DNA of 58,534 nt from Sphingomonadales bacterium (GCA_038224685.1 JBBRFG010000001.1:1-58534); one strand, 5' to 3'. Shown: positions 17,708 through 28,430, counted from the first letter of the stretch. The notes: generated from the letters alone by a model not told the origin. Numbers and translations are program-made.

Positions 17708-18818
17708 GGGCCAGCGCCTTTGAAGGAAGGTTTTTCGCGCAGACCGGCGCAGCGGCGCTGCCCCACAGGTTGGTCAGCAGCCGCGCAGCGATGCGATTGC
17801 GCACAAACAACAGGTCAGCCAGCGCATAGCCTTGGGCGGCGCCCATATCGCGTTTGTAACCGCTATCGCCAACGCCCAAATCCAGCAGCATCAGCCCGCC
17901 TGCAATCCCGTCAGCCATTGCCCGGTAATTGGCAAGCTTACCAATCTCATAACAGCCAAAATCGCTCGCATAACTGCCCGCAATCCCATATTGCACCGGG
18001 CCATCATAGAGGTCGAAAATAAAGGCGACCGGTCGGCTATCCACCCGCAAAATCGTCGCAACCAACATCTCGGCCAGAACTGGGTCAGCCATTATATTTT
18101 GCCAGCCGCTGCGCTGGGCGGGGGTCAGAAACTTGGCACCGCTTCGGTCGGTCTGTGCCGCGATCCAGCTCGCCGCTTCGATCGTGCCAAGATCAGCCAG
18201 CACACCCGAATCCCAGCCGCACCCGCGCACCCGTTGCCATGTGATGCGCCCTTGTTCGGCAAGGCGGCGCTCAATCCGGCGCAACCGCTTGCTGGTTGAA
18301 GCCCGCGGCCAACCTTGCGCGCGCGCGGCGTCCAGATCGATCACCCAGCTGGTGCCGGCGGAGCGCGAAAGCACTGTCCAGCCCGCCAGATGCGCGGCTT
18401 CGATCATCAGCCGTGTGGCCCGATCATCGGTCCGCGCCGGGCCCATTCGCCATACCGGGCCAAGGGCGCGAGCGGCGGGATGATCAAATGCCCGCGCCAG
18501 TTCAATTGCGTTGCAATGGGGAGCGACCAAAGCGCTACGATACGGCCAATAGGGGCCGGCGACCTTGCGCAGCCCGGCGATCGCGGGGCCAAACGGGGCG
18601 GTGGCAATGGCGGCGATCACCGCCCCATCATCGCGCGCCCCCGCGCCGCGCCGCAGTACCAAAGTCTGCCCTGATTGCGGGCCATTGCTGCGATACCATG
18701 CCGCGCGCAGAAACCCGCCGCCCGGCAGGTTACCCCCTGCGAGCATGTCGATTTCCGGCGGGAACCCCGCTATTGCCGCGACCGATATAGGTTCGGCTGC
18801 AATCCTGCTTTCGTACAT
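17700..18818 (-). CDS. GNAT-family acetyltransferase (CelD/BcsL-like)
   Basis: C-terminal 'LDLGVGDSGYKRDMG' and 'PVAFIFDL...YGIAGSY'; overlaps the flippase start. Confidence 0.8.
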   Translation of the reverse strand: MYESRIAAEPISVAAIAGFPPEIDMLAGGNLPGGGFLRAAWYRSNGPQSGQTLVLRRGAGARDDGAVIAAIATAPFGPAIAGLRKVAGPYWPYRSALVAPHCNAIELARAFDHPAARALGPVWRMGPARTDDRATRLMIEAAHLAGWTVLSRSAGTSWVIDLDAARAQGWPRASTSKRLRRIERRLAEQGRITWQRVRGCGWDSGVLADLGTIEAASWIAAQTDRSGAKFLTPAQRSGWQNIMADPVLAEMLVATILRVDSRPVAFIFDLYDGPVQYGIAGSYASDFGCYEIGKLANYRAMADGIAGGLMLLDLGVGDSGYKRDMGAAQGYALADLLFVRNRIAARLLTNLWGSAAAPVCAKNLPSKALARG

Positions 18819-19060
18819 TGCTTACCTGCTACGCCATGCGGCTGTTGCGGCTTTAGCGCTTAAGCCTTCGGTGTAACCACCGGGTTAACCACTGGCAGGC
18901 CGTCACCCGGCGGCGTTGTCACACCAGTGTGTTTTCGGAACCTCTAGCGCCGGGATTGATTGACAATGCATCCCAGCTTGAAGAAACGACCGCAGGCTTG
19001 CACGTCTGCCCCGCCCCTATCCCCCCACCCTGTCCCTCGCCTGCCGTATCGGAGACCCCC

Positions 19061-19564
19061 TTGCCCGCTTCTGCTCCGGAGAGTCAGGCCCAGACGCATG
19101 CATTCCGCCAGTTGATGGGGCAATTTGCGACCGGGATAGCGGTGATTGCGATCCTGTCAGACAGCGGCGGGATTTCCGCGATGACGGTCAATTCGCTAGT
19201 GTCAGTCTCGCTCAACCCGATGCTGGTGAGCTGGAATCTGCAAAATTCCTCAAGCCAGTTCGCCGCCTATGCCGGGGCCGAGCGGTTTTCGGTCAGCATC
19301 CTGTCCGAAGGCCAGCAAGCACTCGCCCGCCGCTATGCCGCGCGCGGCGACAGCGCCTTGATGGTGGAAGATTTTGCGATGCATGACGATGGCTTGCCGG
19401 TGATCCGCGGCGCACTGGGTCACCTCGTTTGCCGCACGTTAGCGGTGCACGCGGCGGGCGATCACGCGCTGATCCTTGGCACGGTAACCGGCATGGTGCA
19501 GGCCGCCGCCGGTGGCCGCCCGCTGGTGTTCTTTGGCGGGCGGTTCGGGGCTTTGGCGGATTAG
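19061..19564 (+). CDS. Flavin reductase family protein
   Basis: 'FRQLMGQFATGIAVI', 'MTVNSLVSVSLNP', 'AGDH', 'PLVFFGGRF'. TTG start at 19061 after GGAGA preferred over 18929. Confidence 0.88.
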   Translation: MPASAPESQAQTHAFRQLMGQFATGIAVIAILSDSGGISAMTVNSLVSVSLNPMLVSWNLQNSSSQFAAYAGAERFSVSILSEGQQALARRYAARGDSALMVEDFAMHDDGLPVIRGALGHLVCRTLAVHAAGDHALILGTVTGMVQAAAGGRPLVFFGGRFGALAD

Positions 19565-19566
19565 CC

Positions 19567-19935
19567 CTAGATTTCCAATGCCTTGAATGCGCTTTCGGGA
19601 TCGCCTGTATTTGGCTCGTCGGCAGGATCGATCAGCAACAGTTTAACCTCGCCTTTGGGCACGCGCGGGAAATGTTCCACTGCGCGGGGTACGATGATCA
19701 TCTCTCCAGCCTCTAATATCTCGGTGTGGTCGCGAAACTCCATATGGAGTTGGCCTTCAAGAACGAGAAATAGCTCGTCGGTGTCCGGGTGGCAGTGCCA
19801 GCGAAAATCCCCCGATGCCTTAACCAGCCGGATCTCGTTTCCGTTGTAACGCCCGATGATGCGCGGCGCCCAATGATCGGTAAAGAGCGCGAGCTTGCCT
19901 GCAAGGCTGATCTTTACGGGTCTTGCCTTGGCCAT
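19567..19935 (-). CDS. Cupin domain protein
   Basis: 'WHCHPDTDELFLVLEG' and 'IVPRAVEH'. Confidence 0.88.
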   Translation of the reverse strand: MAKARPVKISLAGKLALFTDHWAPRIIGRYNGNEIRLVKASGDFRWHCHPDTDELFLVLEGQLHMEFRDHTEILEAGEMIIVPRAVEHFPRVPKGEVKLLLIDPADEPNTGDPESAFKALEI

Positions 19936-21047
19936 CAGAACACCACCACCGACCGGATGCTCTCGCCCGAATGCATCAGGTCGAACGCGCTGTTGATCTC
20001 GTCCAGCCCCATCACGTGGGTAATCATCGGGTCAATCTGGATTTTGCCGGTCATATACATGTCGACAATCCCCGGCACATCGGTGCGCCCCTTGGCCCCG
20101 CCAAACGCCGTGCCGCGCCAGTTGCGCCCGGTGACAAGCTGGAACGGACGGGTGGCGATTTCCTTCCCCGCCTCTGCCACGCCGATGATGATACTGGTCC
20201 CCCAGCCGCGGTGGCAGGCTTCCAATGCGGTGCGCATCACATCGGTATTGCCGGTCGCATCAAAGGTGTAATCCGCCCCGCCATCGGTCAATTCGGCGAT
20301 TTTGGCGACGGTTTCCTCGCGGCTCAGGCCTTTGGAATTGAGGAAGTGGGTCATGCCGAACTGCCTGCCCCACTCCTCACGCGCGGGGTTGATATCAACC
20401 CCGATGATGATGCTCGCCCCTGCCAGAAGGGCGCCCTGAATGACGTTGAGGCCAATCCCGCCGAGCCCGAACACCGCGACATTGTCGCCGGCCTGCACTT
20501 TGGCGGTATTGGTCACCGCACCCACCCCGGTCGTCACCCCGCAGCCAATATAACACGCCGACTGGAACGGCGCGTCTTCGCGGATTTTGGCGACAGCGAT
20601 TTCAGGCAACACCGTAAAATTGCTGAATGTGGAACAGCCCATGTAATGGAAGATCGGCTGGCCCTTGTAGCTGAACCGCGTCGTGCCATCGGGCATCAAT
20701 CCCTTGCCCTGCGTCGCGCGGATCGCGGTGCACAGGTTGGTTTTGCCCGACAGGCACGATTTACACTGGCGGCATTCGGGGGTGTAGAGCGGGATGACGT
20801 GATCGCCGGGCTTCACGCTGGTTACGCCGCTGCCGACCTCGCGCACGATGCCAGCGCCTTCATGGCCCAGCACACTGGGAAAAATGCCCTCTGAGTCGAA
20901 GCCATCAAGCGTATAGGCATCGGTGTGGCAGATCCCGGTCGCCATGATTTCGACCAGCACCTCGCCAGCCTTGGGGCCTTCAAGGTCAAGCGCGACGATT
21001 TCGAGCGGCTGTTTTGCCGCAAAAGCAACGGCGGCCCTAGTCTTCAT
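19935..21047 (-). CDS. frmA: S-(hydroxymethyl)glutathione dehydrogenase / class III alcohol dehydrogenase
   Basis: 'GICHTD', 'LGHEGAG', Zn cluster CRQCKSC...C, '[10 protein letters not shown]'. Confidence 0.97.
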   Translation of the reverse strand: MKTRAAVAFAAKQPLEIVALDLEGPKAGEVLVEIMATGICHTDAYTLDGFDSEGIFPSVLGHEGAGIVREVGSGVTSVKPGDHVIPLYTPECRQCKSCLSGKTNLCTAIRATQGKGLMPDGTTRFSYKGQPIFHYMGCSTFSNFTVLPEIAVAKIREDAPFQSACYIGCGVTTGVGAVTNTAKVQAGDNVAVFGLGGIGLNVIQGALLAGASIIIGVDINPAREEWGRQFGMTHFLNSKGLSREETVAKIAELTDGGADYTFDATGNTDVMRTALEACHRGWGTSIIIGVAEAGKEIATRPFQLVTGRNWRGTAFGGAKGRTDVPGIVDMYMTGKIQIDPMITHVMGLDEINSAFDLMHSGESIRSVVVF

Positions 21048-21078
21048 AACGGGTTTTCATCGGTCATGTTTCCTTCGA

Positions 21079-21336
<258 letters not shown>

Positions 21337-21425
21337 TCACGCATGCGGTGATACCCGCTTGCGCGCTTTACGCTTTTGCGCTTTCAACTGCGTTTGTTGA
21401 TCAGTTACCTATTCGGAGAACGCCC

Positions 21426-23858
21426 TTGCGTTTCGTACTGTTTGTCGCCGCTCTGCTGTTCGCCGCCCCTGCTTTTGCGCAGGGCGTGCAGCAGACCAAG
21501 GGCACATTTGAAGACAAGTTCCGCCAGCTTGATGAAGTGCTGCCCGATGCCAACACCTATCGCACCGCGAGCGGCGCGCCGGGGCATGAATATTGGCAGC
21601 AAAAGGTCGATTACAAAATCACCGCTGAATTGGATGAAGAGGGTCGCCGCCTGAACGCGCGCGCGACCATCCGCTATACCAACAATTCGCCCGATGCGCT
21701 GCCGTGGCTGTGGATGCAGCTGGATCAGAACATCTTCCGCACCGATTCAATGGCGGAACTGACCGATGCGTTCGGCGGGGCCGGCCGGCGCGGGCCCAAG
21801 GTCAGCCTTGGCAGCGCGAGCGAGCCGACCAAGCTTTCGATGGAAGAACTGCGCCGCCAGCAGGCGATGGCCGACAATAACTACGGCTATGATATCACCG
21901 CGGTAAAAATGCTGGACGACGCTAACCTGCCGCACACGATCATTGGCACGCTGATGCGGGTCGACCTTCCCGAACCGCTCGCGCCGGGAGCCACCACCGA
22001 ATACATGATCGAATGGACCTTCGCCATCGTTGAGGAAGACGCAGTCAATGCGCGGTCGGGCTACGAACATTTCCCAGACGATCCGCGCAAAGGTGGCAAC
22101 GACATCTTCCTGATCGCGCAGTGGTTCCCGCGGTTGGTCGCCTATTCGGATTACGAAGGCTGGCATAACAAGGAATTTCTGGGTCGCGGCGAATTCACGC
22201 TCGAATTCGGCGATTACGACGTTGAAATGACCGTGCCCGACGATCACATTGTTGCATCGACCGGCGTATTGCAAAACCCCGATGCCGTGCTCACCGCCGC
22301 GCAGCGCCAGCGGCTGGAAGCCGCCAAGGATGCCGAAGCGCCGCTGTTCATCGTCACCGCCGAAGAAGCCGCCGCCAACGAAGCGGCAGGCACGGCTGGC
22401 AGCAAGACATGGAAATTTGCCGCCACCAATGTGCGCGATTTCGCCTGGGCTTCCAGCCGCAAGTTTATGTGGGATGCGCAAGGGGTAAAACAGCCCGGCG
22501 CCGAGCACGAAACCGTGCTCGCGATGAGCTTTTGGCCCAAGGAAGGCGGCGATCTGTGGCGCAAATATTCGACCGCCGCTGTGGTCCACACGCTCAAGGT
22601 CTATTCGCGGTTCAGCTTTGATTACCCCTATCCCACCGCGCAAAGCATCAACGGCCCGGTCGGCGGGATGGAATATCCGATGATCACCTTCAACGGCCCG
22701 CGCACCACACTGAACAAGGATGGCAGCCGCACCTATTCGCTGGCCGAAAAGGTATTTCTGGTGGGCGTGGTGATCCATGAGATTGGCCACATCTATTTCC
22801 CGATGACGGTCAATTCGGACGAGCGCCAGTGGACGTGGATGGACGAAGGGCTGAATTCCTTTCTCGATTCGGTCGCCGGTTACGAATGGGATCCGGACAT
22901 GCCGTGGACCCGTAGCCTGCCACGCGACATGGTCAGCTATATGGTCTCGAGCGAGCAGGAACCGATCATGACGCAATCGGACTCGGTCACCAATTTGGGC
23001 GCAAACGCCTATGGTAAGCCGTCGGCGGCGTATCACCTGCTGCGCGATACGATCATCGGGCGAGAACGGTTCGATTTCGCGCTGAAAGAATATGCCCGCC
23101 GGTGGAAGTTTAAGCGGCCCACACCCGCCGATTTCTTCCGCACCATCGAAGAAGCATCGGGCACCGATCTCGACTGGTTCTGGCGCGGGTGGTTCTACAC
23201 CACCGATCACGTCGATATTTCGCTCGATTCGATCTACCGCCTCAATATCGACACCAAGAACCCCGACATCGACCTGCCGCGCCGCCGCAAGGAACGTGAT
23301 GACGAACCCGATCTGATCGGCAGGGGCCTGAACGGCGAACAACGCCTGCCGATCTGGGTGCTGGAAAACCCCGGTGTAACTGATTTCTACGATACCAACG
23401 ACGAATTTACCGTCACGCCCAAGGATACCAAGGGTTACAAGGAATTCGTCGATGGTCTCGACAGGTGGGAACGCACTGCGTTTGACCGCGCGGTTAAGGA
23501 GGACGCGAATTACTACGTCCTCAATTTCACCAACAAGGGCGGGCTGGTGATGCCGATTATTCTGGGGCTGACCTTTGCTGACGGCAAGACTGAAAAGCTG
23601 ATGATCCCGGCCGAAATCTGGCGCCGCAACGCACGCGAAGTCGCCAAGCTGCTGGTGTTCCCCAAGGGCAAGGAACTGGTGCAGGTGGTGCTTGATCCCG
23701 ATTGGGAAACCGCCGATGCCGATATCGAAAACAACCACTACCCGCGCCGCATCATCCCCAGCCGGGTCGAAGCATTTAAGACCGAAGCCAGCAAGGCCCG
23801 GGTCAGCCGCGATTTGATGGGCGAAACCGCTGGCGCAGAAAAGGACAAGCGCAAGTGA
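21426..23858 (+). CDS. Secreted M1-family metalloaminopeptidase
   Basis: TTG start after GGAGAA, signal peptide (AFA), GGMEY and HEIGH-X18-E. Confidence 0.92.
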   Translation: MRFVLFVAALLFAAPAFAQGVQQTKGTFEDKFRQLDEVLPDANTYRTASGAPGHEYWQQKVDYKITAELDEEGRRLNARATIRYTNNSPDALPWLWMQLDQNIFRTDSMAELTDAFGGAGRRGPKVSLGSASEPTKLSMEELRRQQAMADNNYGYDITAVKMLDDANLPHTIIGTLMRVDLPEPLAPGATTEYMIEWTFAIVEEDAVNARSGYEHFPDDPRKGGNDIFLIAQWFPRLVAYSDYEGWHNKEFLGRGEFTLEFGDYDVEMTVPDDHIVASTGVLQNPDAVLTAAQRQRLEAAKDAEAPLFIVTAEEAAANEAAGTAGSKTWKFAATNVRDFAWASSRKFMWDAQGVKQPGAEHETVLAMSFWPKEGGDLWRKYSTAAVVHTLKVYSRFSFDYPYPTAQSINGPVGGMEYPMITFNGPRTTLNKDGSRTYSLAEKVFLVGVVIHEIGHIYFPMTVNSDERQWTWMDEGLNSFLDSVAGYEWDPDMPWTRSLPRDMVSYMVSSEQEPIMTQSDSVTNLGANAYGKPSAAYHLLRDTIIGRERFDFALKEYARRWKFKRPTPADFFRTIEEASGTDLDWFWRGWFYTTDHVDISLDSIYRLNIDTKNPDIDLPRRRKERDDEPDLIGRGLNGEQRLPIWVLENPGVTDFYDTNDEFTVTPKDTKGYKEFVDGLDRWERTAFDRAVKEDANYYVLNFTNKGGLVMPIILGLTFADGKTEKLMIPAEIWRRNAREVAKLLVFPKGKELVQVVLDPDWETADADIENNHYPRRIIPSRVEAFKTEASKARVSRDLMGETAGAEKDKRK

Positions 23859-24352
23859 TCCAGCGCGCGCTGGCTGTGCTGGCGCTGCTACTGGCACAGG
23901 TGTCGCCGGTGATGGCGCATCAGCAGAAGATCGCGATCAGCACGGTGTCGGTCAATCCGCGCACGGATCGGCTGGAACTGGTGCATCAGGTGCCGGTGCA
24001 CGACGCCGAACACGCGCTCCGGTTGCAGGGGATCAAAGTTCCCGACATCGTCGGCAGCGCCGCCAGCCGCGAGGATTTTGCAAGCTATGTTGCCCAGCGG
24101 TTCTCGCTGAAAATCGATGGCGCAGCGGTGGCCGCCGACTATGTCGGCAGCGAGATTGAAGGCGGCAATGTGTTGATCTATCTGGAGGCCCCGGCGCCCG
24201 CACCGGGTGCCAGGATCCGGGTCAATTCGCAGATCCTGACTGATGTCTGGGCGCGGCAGACCAATCGGGTCAATATTGGCAGCAACGCTGACATCACTAC
24301 GTTCGTCTTCGCCGCTGGCGACCCCCCGCGCGAAATGATCCTGGGCCGGTAA
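23855..24352 (+). CDS. Exported protein, DUF6702-like
   Basis: Signal peptide ending VMA-H; overlaps the peptidase stop (GTGA). Confidence 0.7.
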   Translation: MIQRALAVLALLLAQVSPVMAHQQKIAISTVSVNPRTDRLELVHQVPVHDAEHALRLQGIKVPDIVGSAASREDFASYVAQRFSLKIDGAAVAADYVGSEIEGGNVLIYLEAPAPAPGARIRVNSQILTDVWARQTNRVNIGSNADITTFVFAAGDPPREMILGR

Positions 24353-24940
24353 TCAGGTCGCTTGGGAGGCGCGTAAAATCGCCCTCGCGCAGGTCACCGG
24401 AGCAAGCCGCGCCGCGCCGAGAATACGTTCTGCAGTCGGCTGCGCGCTCAGCTGTTTTGCCGCTTTCTCAAGCGAGATGGCGATCAAACTGCCAGCGGCG
24501 ATGTCGGCCAGCATTTGCTCGGTCATTTCTACCACAAAAACAGACCCGCTGGTGCTTTGGCCGAGCGAGCGCGGCTTACCATCTGGGCCGATCACCCACA
24601 ATTGGGGAACCAGGCCCTGATCGCCAATCGTCGCGATCCGCGCGGTCAGCTTTCCGCCAGCCCCTTAGTAGATCGCGGTTGGCAGCGGGTCGCCATCGGC
24701 TTGAATGACCTGTGCAACACGGATGGCTGAAGAATCCAGGTCAGGCTGCGATCTTGCCAAGGCGAGGCTTTCGACAGCGCCTTGTGACCGGTCTCGTTCG
24801 CCAAGATAAAGGCCTCCAAAAACCAGCGCCGCAATTGATGCCGCCAAGCTCCCGAACTGCCATACATTTGCCATGCGCACGGTTCCCACCGGCTCGCCCG
24901 GATCATTGGCAGGCTGCGGCACTGCCTGCACTGCGCGCTC
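24353..24940 (-). pseudogene. Anti-sigma factor (RskA-like) remnant
   Basis: TM 'WQFGSLAASIAALVF', then a stop at 24665 and a frame change, then 'LWVIGPDGKPRSLG...IAISLE'. No N-terminus and no ECF sigma gene. Confidence 0.7.
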
Positions 24941-24944
24941 CTGT

Positions 24945-25211
24945 CAGGTGATCGAACGCAAGCTGGTGCCGGTCCCGGAGGAAGCAAAGCGCGTACGCAC
25001 CATTATGCGGCGCCACGTCTGATCTCAGCGCGAGGGTCGCTGCCGCGCCCTGCTAGGCAAGCTGCTCCGCCTCTCATGGCTGAACCCCCGCCTCATCGAG
25101 TTAATCATTGACGAACGGCAGCCCCCCCGCCTGGATCGCAAGCAGTTACTCGCGGCGGACCTGCCGCTCACTTGGCATAGGCAGGAGCAGATGCTGGGGT
25201 TTGCTGCCTGA
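24945..25211 (+). pseudogene. Internally deleted large serine recombinase remnant
   Basis: One frame reads QVIERKLVPVPEEAKRVRTIMRRHV*SQREGRCRALLGKLLRLSWLNPRLIELIIDERQPPRLDRKQLLAADLPLTWHRQEQMLGFAA*, i.e. the start of the recombinase domain joined to a typical C-terminus. Confidence 0.75.
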
Positions 25212-25402
25212 CTCTGCACGGCCGCATTTGCGGTCAGTTTTTTCAAGGCAGAGATATGGGTAAAAATGGGCCGGGAAATCGGCTCTTTGTGGGTGCTCTG
25301 ACTCACGTTATCGGTCAGCTGGCGCGAAAATCCCGCAGAACTGCGCCGTTTTCGGAGCTTGATACGCCGGCCGTCGTCATGTATTTTTCGGGACTTACTG
25401 TT

Positions 25403-25489
25403 TGGTGCGGTCGAGAAGACTCGAACTTCCACGGGCTTTCGCCCACAACGACCTCAACGTTGCGCGTCTACCAGTTCCGCCACGACCGC
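25403..25489 (-). tRNA. tRNA-Leu (GAG)
   Basis: 87-nt cloverleaf GCGGTCG...CGACCGCACCA, anticodon loop TTGAGGT, long variable arm, GTTCGA T-loop. Confidence 0.97.
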
Positions 25490-25610
25490 ACTCGGGTATG
25501 TCGAGGCAGCCAATGTGCTGGCCTCGCGGTAGGAGCGCGCCACTAGCAAGGGGCTTTGCGCGGCGCAAGCTCCTTTGATCGCTGCGCCCGCTTGCGGCCG
25601 GTTAAGGGAG

Positions 25611-26561
25611 CTAGTTTGGAGCCCAGCCCAGATCGGCGACCACTGCGCCAGTGGGGATATTGGCGATCGCTTCGGTCACGGTCACGGTTTCTCCGGGTGC
25701 CAATCGCTGCTTGGCCGGAACCACCACCCAATCGCCGACATTGCGTTCGCGCGCATCGCTGAACACTACCAGCACATCGGGCACGTTCAATGTTTCGCGT
25801 GCGGTATTCGTGATGGTGCCGCGCACGCGGAAAATTGCTTCGCCATTGGCGAGCTCTTCCTTGCGCTGTTCCGTCGCGGGGAAATCGAGTTCAAGACCGG
25901 GCTCGCCGATACCAAAGGTCGGGCGGCTCAGAGGCAGCCATTCAGGCAGGCCATAATAATTGACCGCCGCGACCGTCGCTGTTGCCAGCACGGCAAAAAT
26001 CGCTGCAGCAAAGGTCCACATCCGCAGGGTATTGCGCCGCCGGATGAACGGCGCGCGGTAATCAAACTGCGATCCTTCGTCAGCGTCATCCTCGTCATCA
26101 AACGGCGGGCTGTATTCCGCTGAAGCGGCGGCGGGCGGATCGGTACGCGGGATTACCCGCTCTTCGCTGTCCTGCGGCTCACCGCGACTGAGATTCCGCC
26201 CCAGCGCGCGCGCAGCCAACGACCCGTTATCATCGTTGGTAGTTTCGAAAGCAGTGTCATCGGGTGTGCGCCAATGGCTGATCGAAGGGCCATTAATAAC
26301 CGGGTCAGGCTCTGGTTCGGGCACGGGTTCAGACTCTCGCTGCAAGCCGACGGGCTCATCCGTACTAGCCGACCCCAACCCGGCTGGTGCTGAGAGAGGA
26401 ACTTCAGCAGACGGCGCAGCAAGATCAATCAGATCGAGTACTGGACCATCCTGAAACCAGCTATGCTTGCACTTGGCGCAGCGCACGGTGCGGCCTTCGC
26501 TGCCAATGGCAGCTTCGGGCAGCGCATAACGGGTGCCGCAGGCTGGACAGGCGATGATCAT
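25611..26561 (-). CDS. MJ0042-type zinc-ribbon membrane protein
   Basis: Start moved to 26561: 'MIIACPACGTRY...VRCAKCKHSWFQ', Pro/acidic linker, one TM, periplasmic domain; divergent from ftsE. Confidence 0.88.
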   Translation of the reverse strand: MIIACPACGTRYALPEAAIGSEGRTVRCAKCKHSWFQDGPVLDLIDLAAPSAEVPLSAPAGLGSASTDEPVGLQRESEPVPEPEPDPVINGPSISHWRTPDDTAFETTNDDNGSLAARALGRNLSRGEPQDSEERVIPRTDPPAAASAEYSPPFDDEDDADEGSQFDYRAPFIRRRNTLRMWTFAAAIFAVLATATVAAVNYYGLPEWLPLSRPTFGIGEPGLELDFPATEQRKEELANGEAIFRVRGTITNTARETLNVPDVLVVFSDARERNVGDWVVVPAKQRLAPGETVTVTEAIANIPTGAVVADLGWAPN

Positions 26562-26728
26562 GTCACAAATGGCAATAGTCTTCGCGCTCCACCGCACAAG
26601 GGCCGCCGCCCCCACGGCGTCGATTTCGGCGGTGTTTTCCACATTGCGGCGCGAATATTAGGCGCGCGGCGGCATCTGGCTGCGATGTTCGGCTTTCCCC
26701 GGCGGGAACGCGCTGTTAGGTGCGGGCG

Positions 26729-27466
26729 ATGGATGATCGCCCCGCCGAGATCGTAAAGTTTGATAATGTCGGCCTGCGGTATGGCACCGATCCCGAAGTG
26801 CTGAGCAATCTGTCGTTCACGCTTTACCCCGGCAGCTTCTATTTCCTGACCGGCGCGAGCGGGGCTGGCAAGACCAGCTTGCTCAAACTGCTATACCTTG
26901 CGCAGCGCCCGTCGCGCGGGGCAATTCGGATGTTCGGGCAGGATTTGATCACCATGCCGCGCCAACGCTTACCCGATCTGCGGCGGCGGCTGGGGGTTGT
27001 GTTCCAGAATTTCCGGCTGGTGCCGCATCTCACCGCGTTTGATAATGTGGCGCTGCCGCTGCGCTTGGCCGGCGCGGATGACAAGCGCGTGGCGAAGGCT
27101 GTGACCGACATGCTCGATTGGGTCGGGTTGGCGCACCGTGCCCATGCAGTGCCGGCGTCACTTTCAGGCGGAGAGCAGCAGCGCGTCGCCATTGCCCGCG
27201 CCGTGATTGCCCGCCCCCGGATGCTGATTGCAGACGAGCCGACCGGCAACGTCGATCCCGATATGGCGTTGAAGCTGCTGCGCCTGTTTGAAGCGCTTAA
27301 CCACCGGGTCGGGACAACGGTGGTGGTGGCAACCCACGACGTCCATTTGCTCAAAAAAGTACCAGATTCGCTGATCATGCGGCTGAACAAAGGCCAACTG
27401 TCCGACCCAACCGGGGCGCTGCGCTATCCGCCGCGCCCGGCAGCGCCTGCGGCAAACAGTCAATGA
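26729..27466 (+). CDS. ftsE: Cell division ATP-binding protein FtsE
   Basis: GASGAGKTS, LSGGEQQRVAIARA, ADEPTGNVD; upstream of ftsX. Confidence 0.95.
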   Translation: MDDRPAEIVKFDNVGLRYGTDPEVLSNLSFTLYPGSFYFLTGASGAGKTSLLKLLYLAQRPSRGAIRMFGQDLITMPRQRLPDLRRRLGVVFQNFRLVPHLTAFDNVALPLRLAGADDKRVAKAVTDMLDWVGLAHRAHAVPASLSGGEQQRVAIARAVIARPRMLIADEPTGNVDPDMALKLLRLFEALNHRVGTTVVVATHDVHLLKKVPDSLIMRLNKGQLSDPTGALRYPPRPAAPAANSQ

Positions 27467-28422
27467 GCCTGCCAACCCCGCCGCTTACCGATGCCCCCCC
27501 AGCCGCAGGCGCTGCCGGGGCCGATGCGCTTACAAGCTGGACGCTCGGCCAAAAAACGGCCCAATTGCTGCCTTCAACCCGGTTTGCCGGGCCGATCCCG
27601 TGGGTCATCGCAATCCTGATCGCGTTGGTAGTGATCGCATCAGCTGGCGGGCTTGCGCTCGGCAAACTTGCCAACAGCGCCCGCGCCGATCTGTCTGCCG
27701 CAGTGACAGTGCAGGTGGTCGAACCCAATCCGAATCTGCGTTCGGTTCGCGGCGCAGAAGCGGTGCGGGTGCTAACCGCGTTAGACGGTGTGCGCGCGGT
27801 GCGGCTGGTGCCAGAGGCGGAGCTGGCCGCGCTGCTCGAACCCTGGCTTGGCGAAGGCGCGGGAAACGGAGATGTGCCGATTCCGGCCCTGATCGATGTC
27901 GAACTGACCCGCAGCGCCGGCCCAGCCGATATCGCCGCAATCGAAGCAGCGCTGAAAGATACCGTGCCGGGCGCCCGGGTTGATGCACAATCGGACTGGT
28001 TACGACCTGTCTATAACGCGCTGGCCGCACTGCAATGGTTGGCGCTGGGCCTGATCGCGCTGGTTGCGCTGGCAACGGCGGCGGCGGTGTGGTTGGCGGC
28101 GCGCAATGCCTTTGCCGGTGCGCGCGACACGGTCGAGATTATTCACCTGCTGGGCGCGACTGATCGGCAGATTTCAGCGGTGTTCCTGCGCAGCGTGCTG
28201 CGCGAAGCCGCGTTCGGTGCAGTCGTCGGCGCGGCGCTGGGCGCAGGCGCGGTATGGCTGTTGGGGCAGCAATTTGCGGCGCTCGATAGCGGGATGACCA
28301 GCGGCGGCGGGCTTGGCCTGGGCGATTGGCTAGTGATCGCCGCCGTCCCGCTGGCCGGGGTGCTGATCGCGTTGCTGACGGCGCGGATCACGATTGCGCT
28401 TGCCCTCAAGGGTATGCTCTAG
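27463..28422 (+). CDS. ftsX: Cell division permease FtsX
   Basis: 1+3 TM layout, 'LLEPWLG', 'EIIHLLGATD'. Confidence 0.9.
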   Translation: MSLPTPPLTDAPPAAGAAGADALTSWTLGQKTAQLLPSTRFAGPIPWVIAILIALVVIASAGGLALGKLANSARADLSAAVTVQVVEPNPNLRSVRGAEAVRVLTALDGVRAVRLVPEAELAALLEPWLGEGAGNGDVPIPALIDVELTRSAGPADIAAIEAALKDTVPGARVDAQSDWLRPVYNALAALQWLALGLIALVALATAAAVWLAARNAFAGARDTVEIIHLLGATDRQISAVFLRSVLREAAFGAVVGAALGAGAVWLLGQQFAALDSGMTSGGGLGLGDWLVIAAVPLAGVLIALLTARITIALALKGML

Positions 28423-28430
28423 GGACAGGC

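Noticed and set aside
17700-17708. DnaA-box-like TTATCCACG
   Set aside because: Single imperfect copy inside coding overlap; no AT-rich origin-like region.
18873-18889. CtrA-like site GTAA-N8-TTAAC upstream of the GNAT gene
   Set aside because: Spacing and first half-site deviate from TTAA-N7-TTAA; cannot be supported.
21747-23897. 716-aa antisense ORF (likewise 15564-16805, 6797-7708, 45007-45984, 55817-57124, 55306-56412)
   Set aside because: Shadow frames of well-supported genes, expected in high-GC DNA; no protein motifs.
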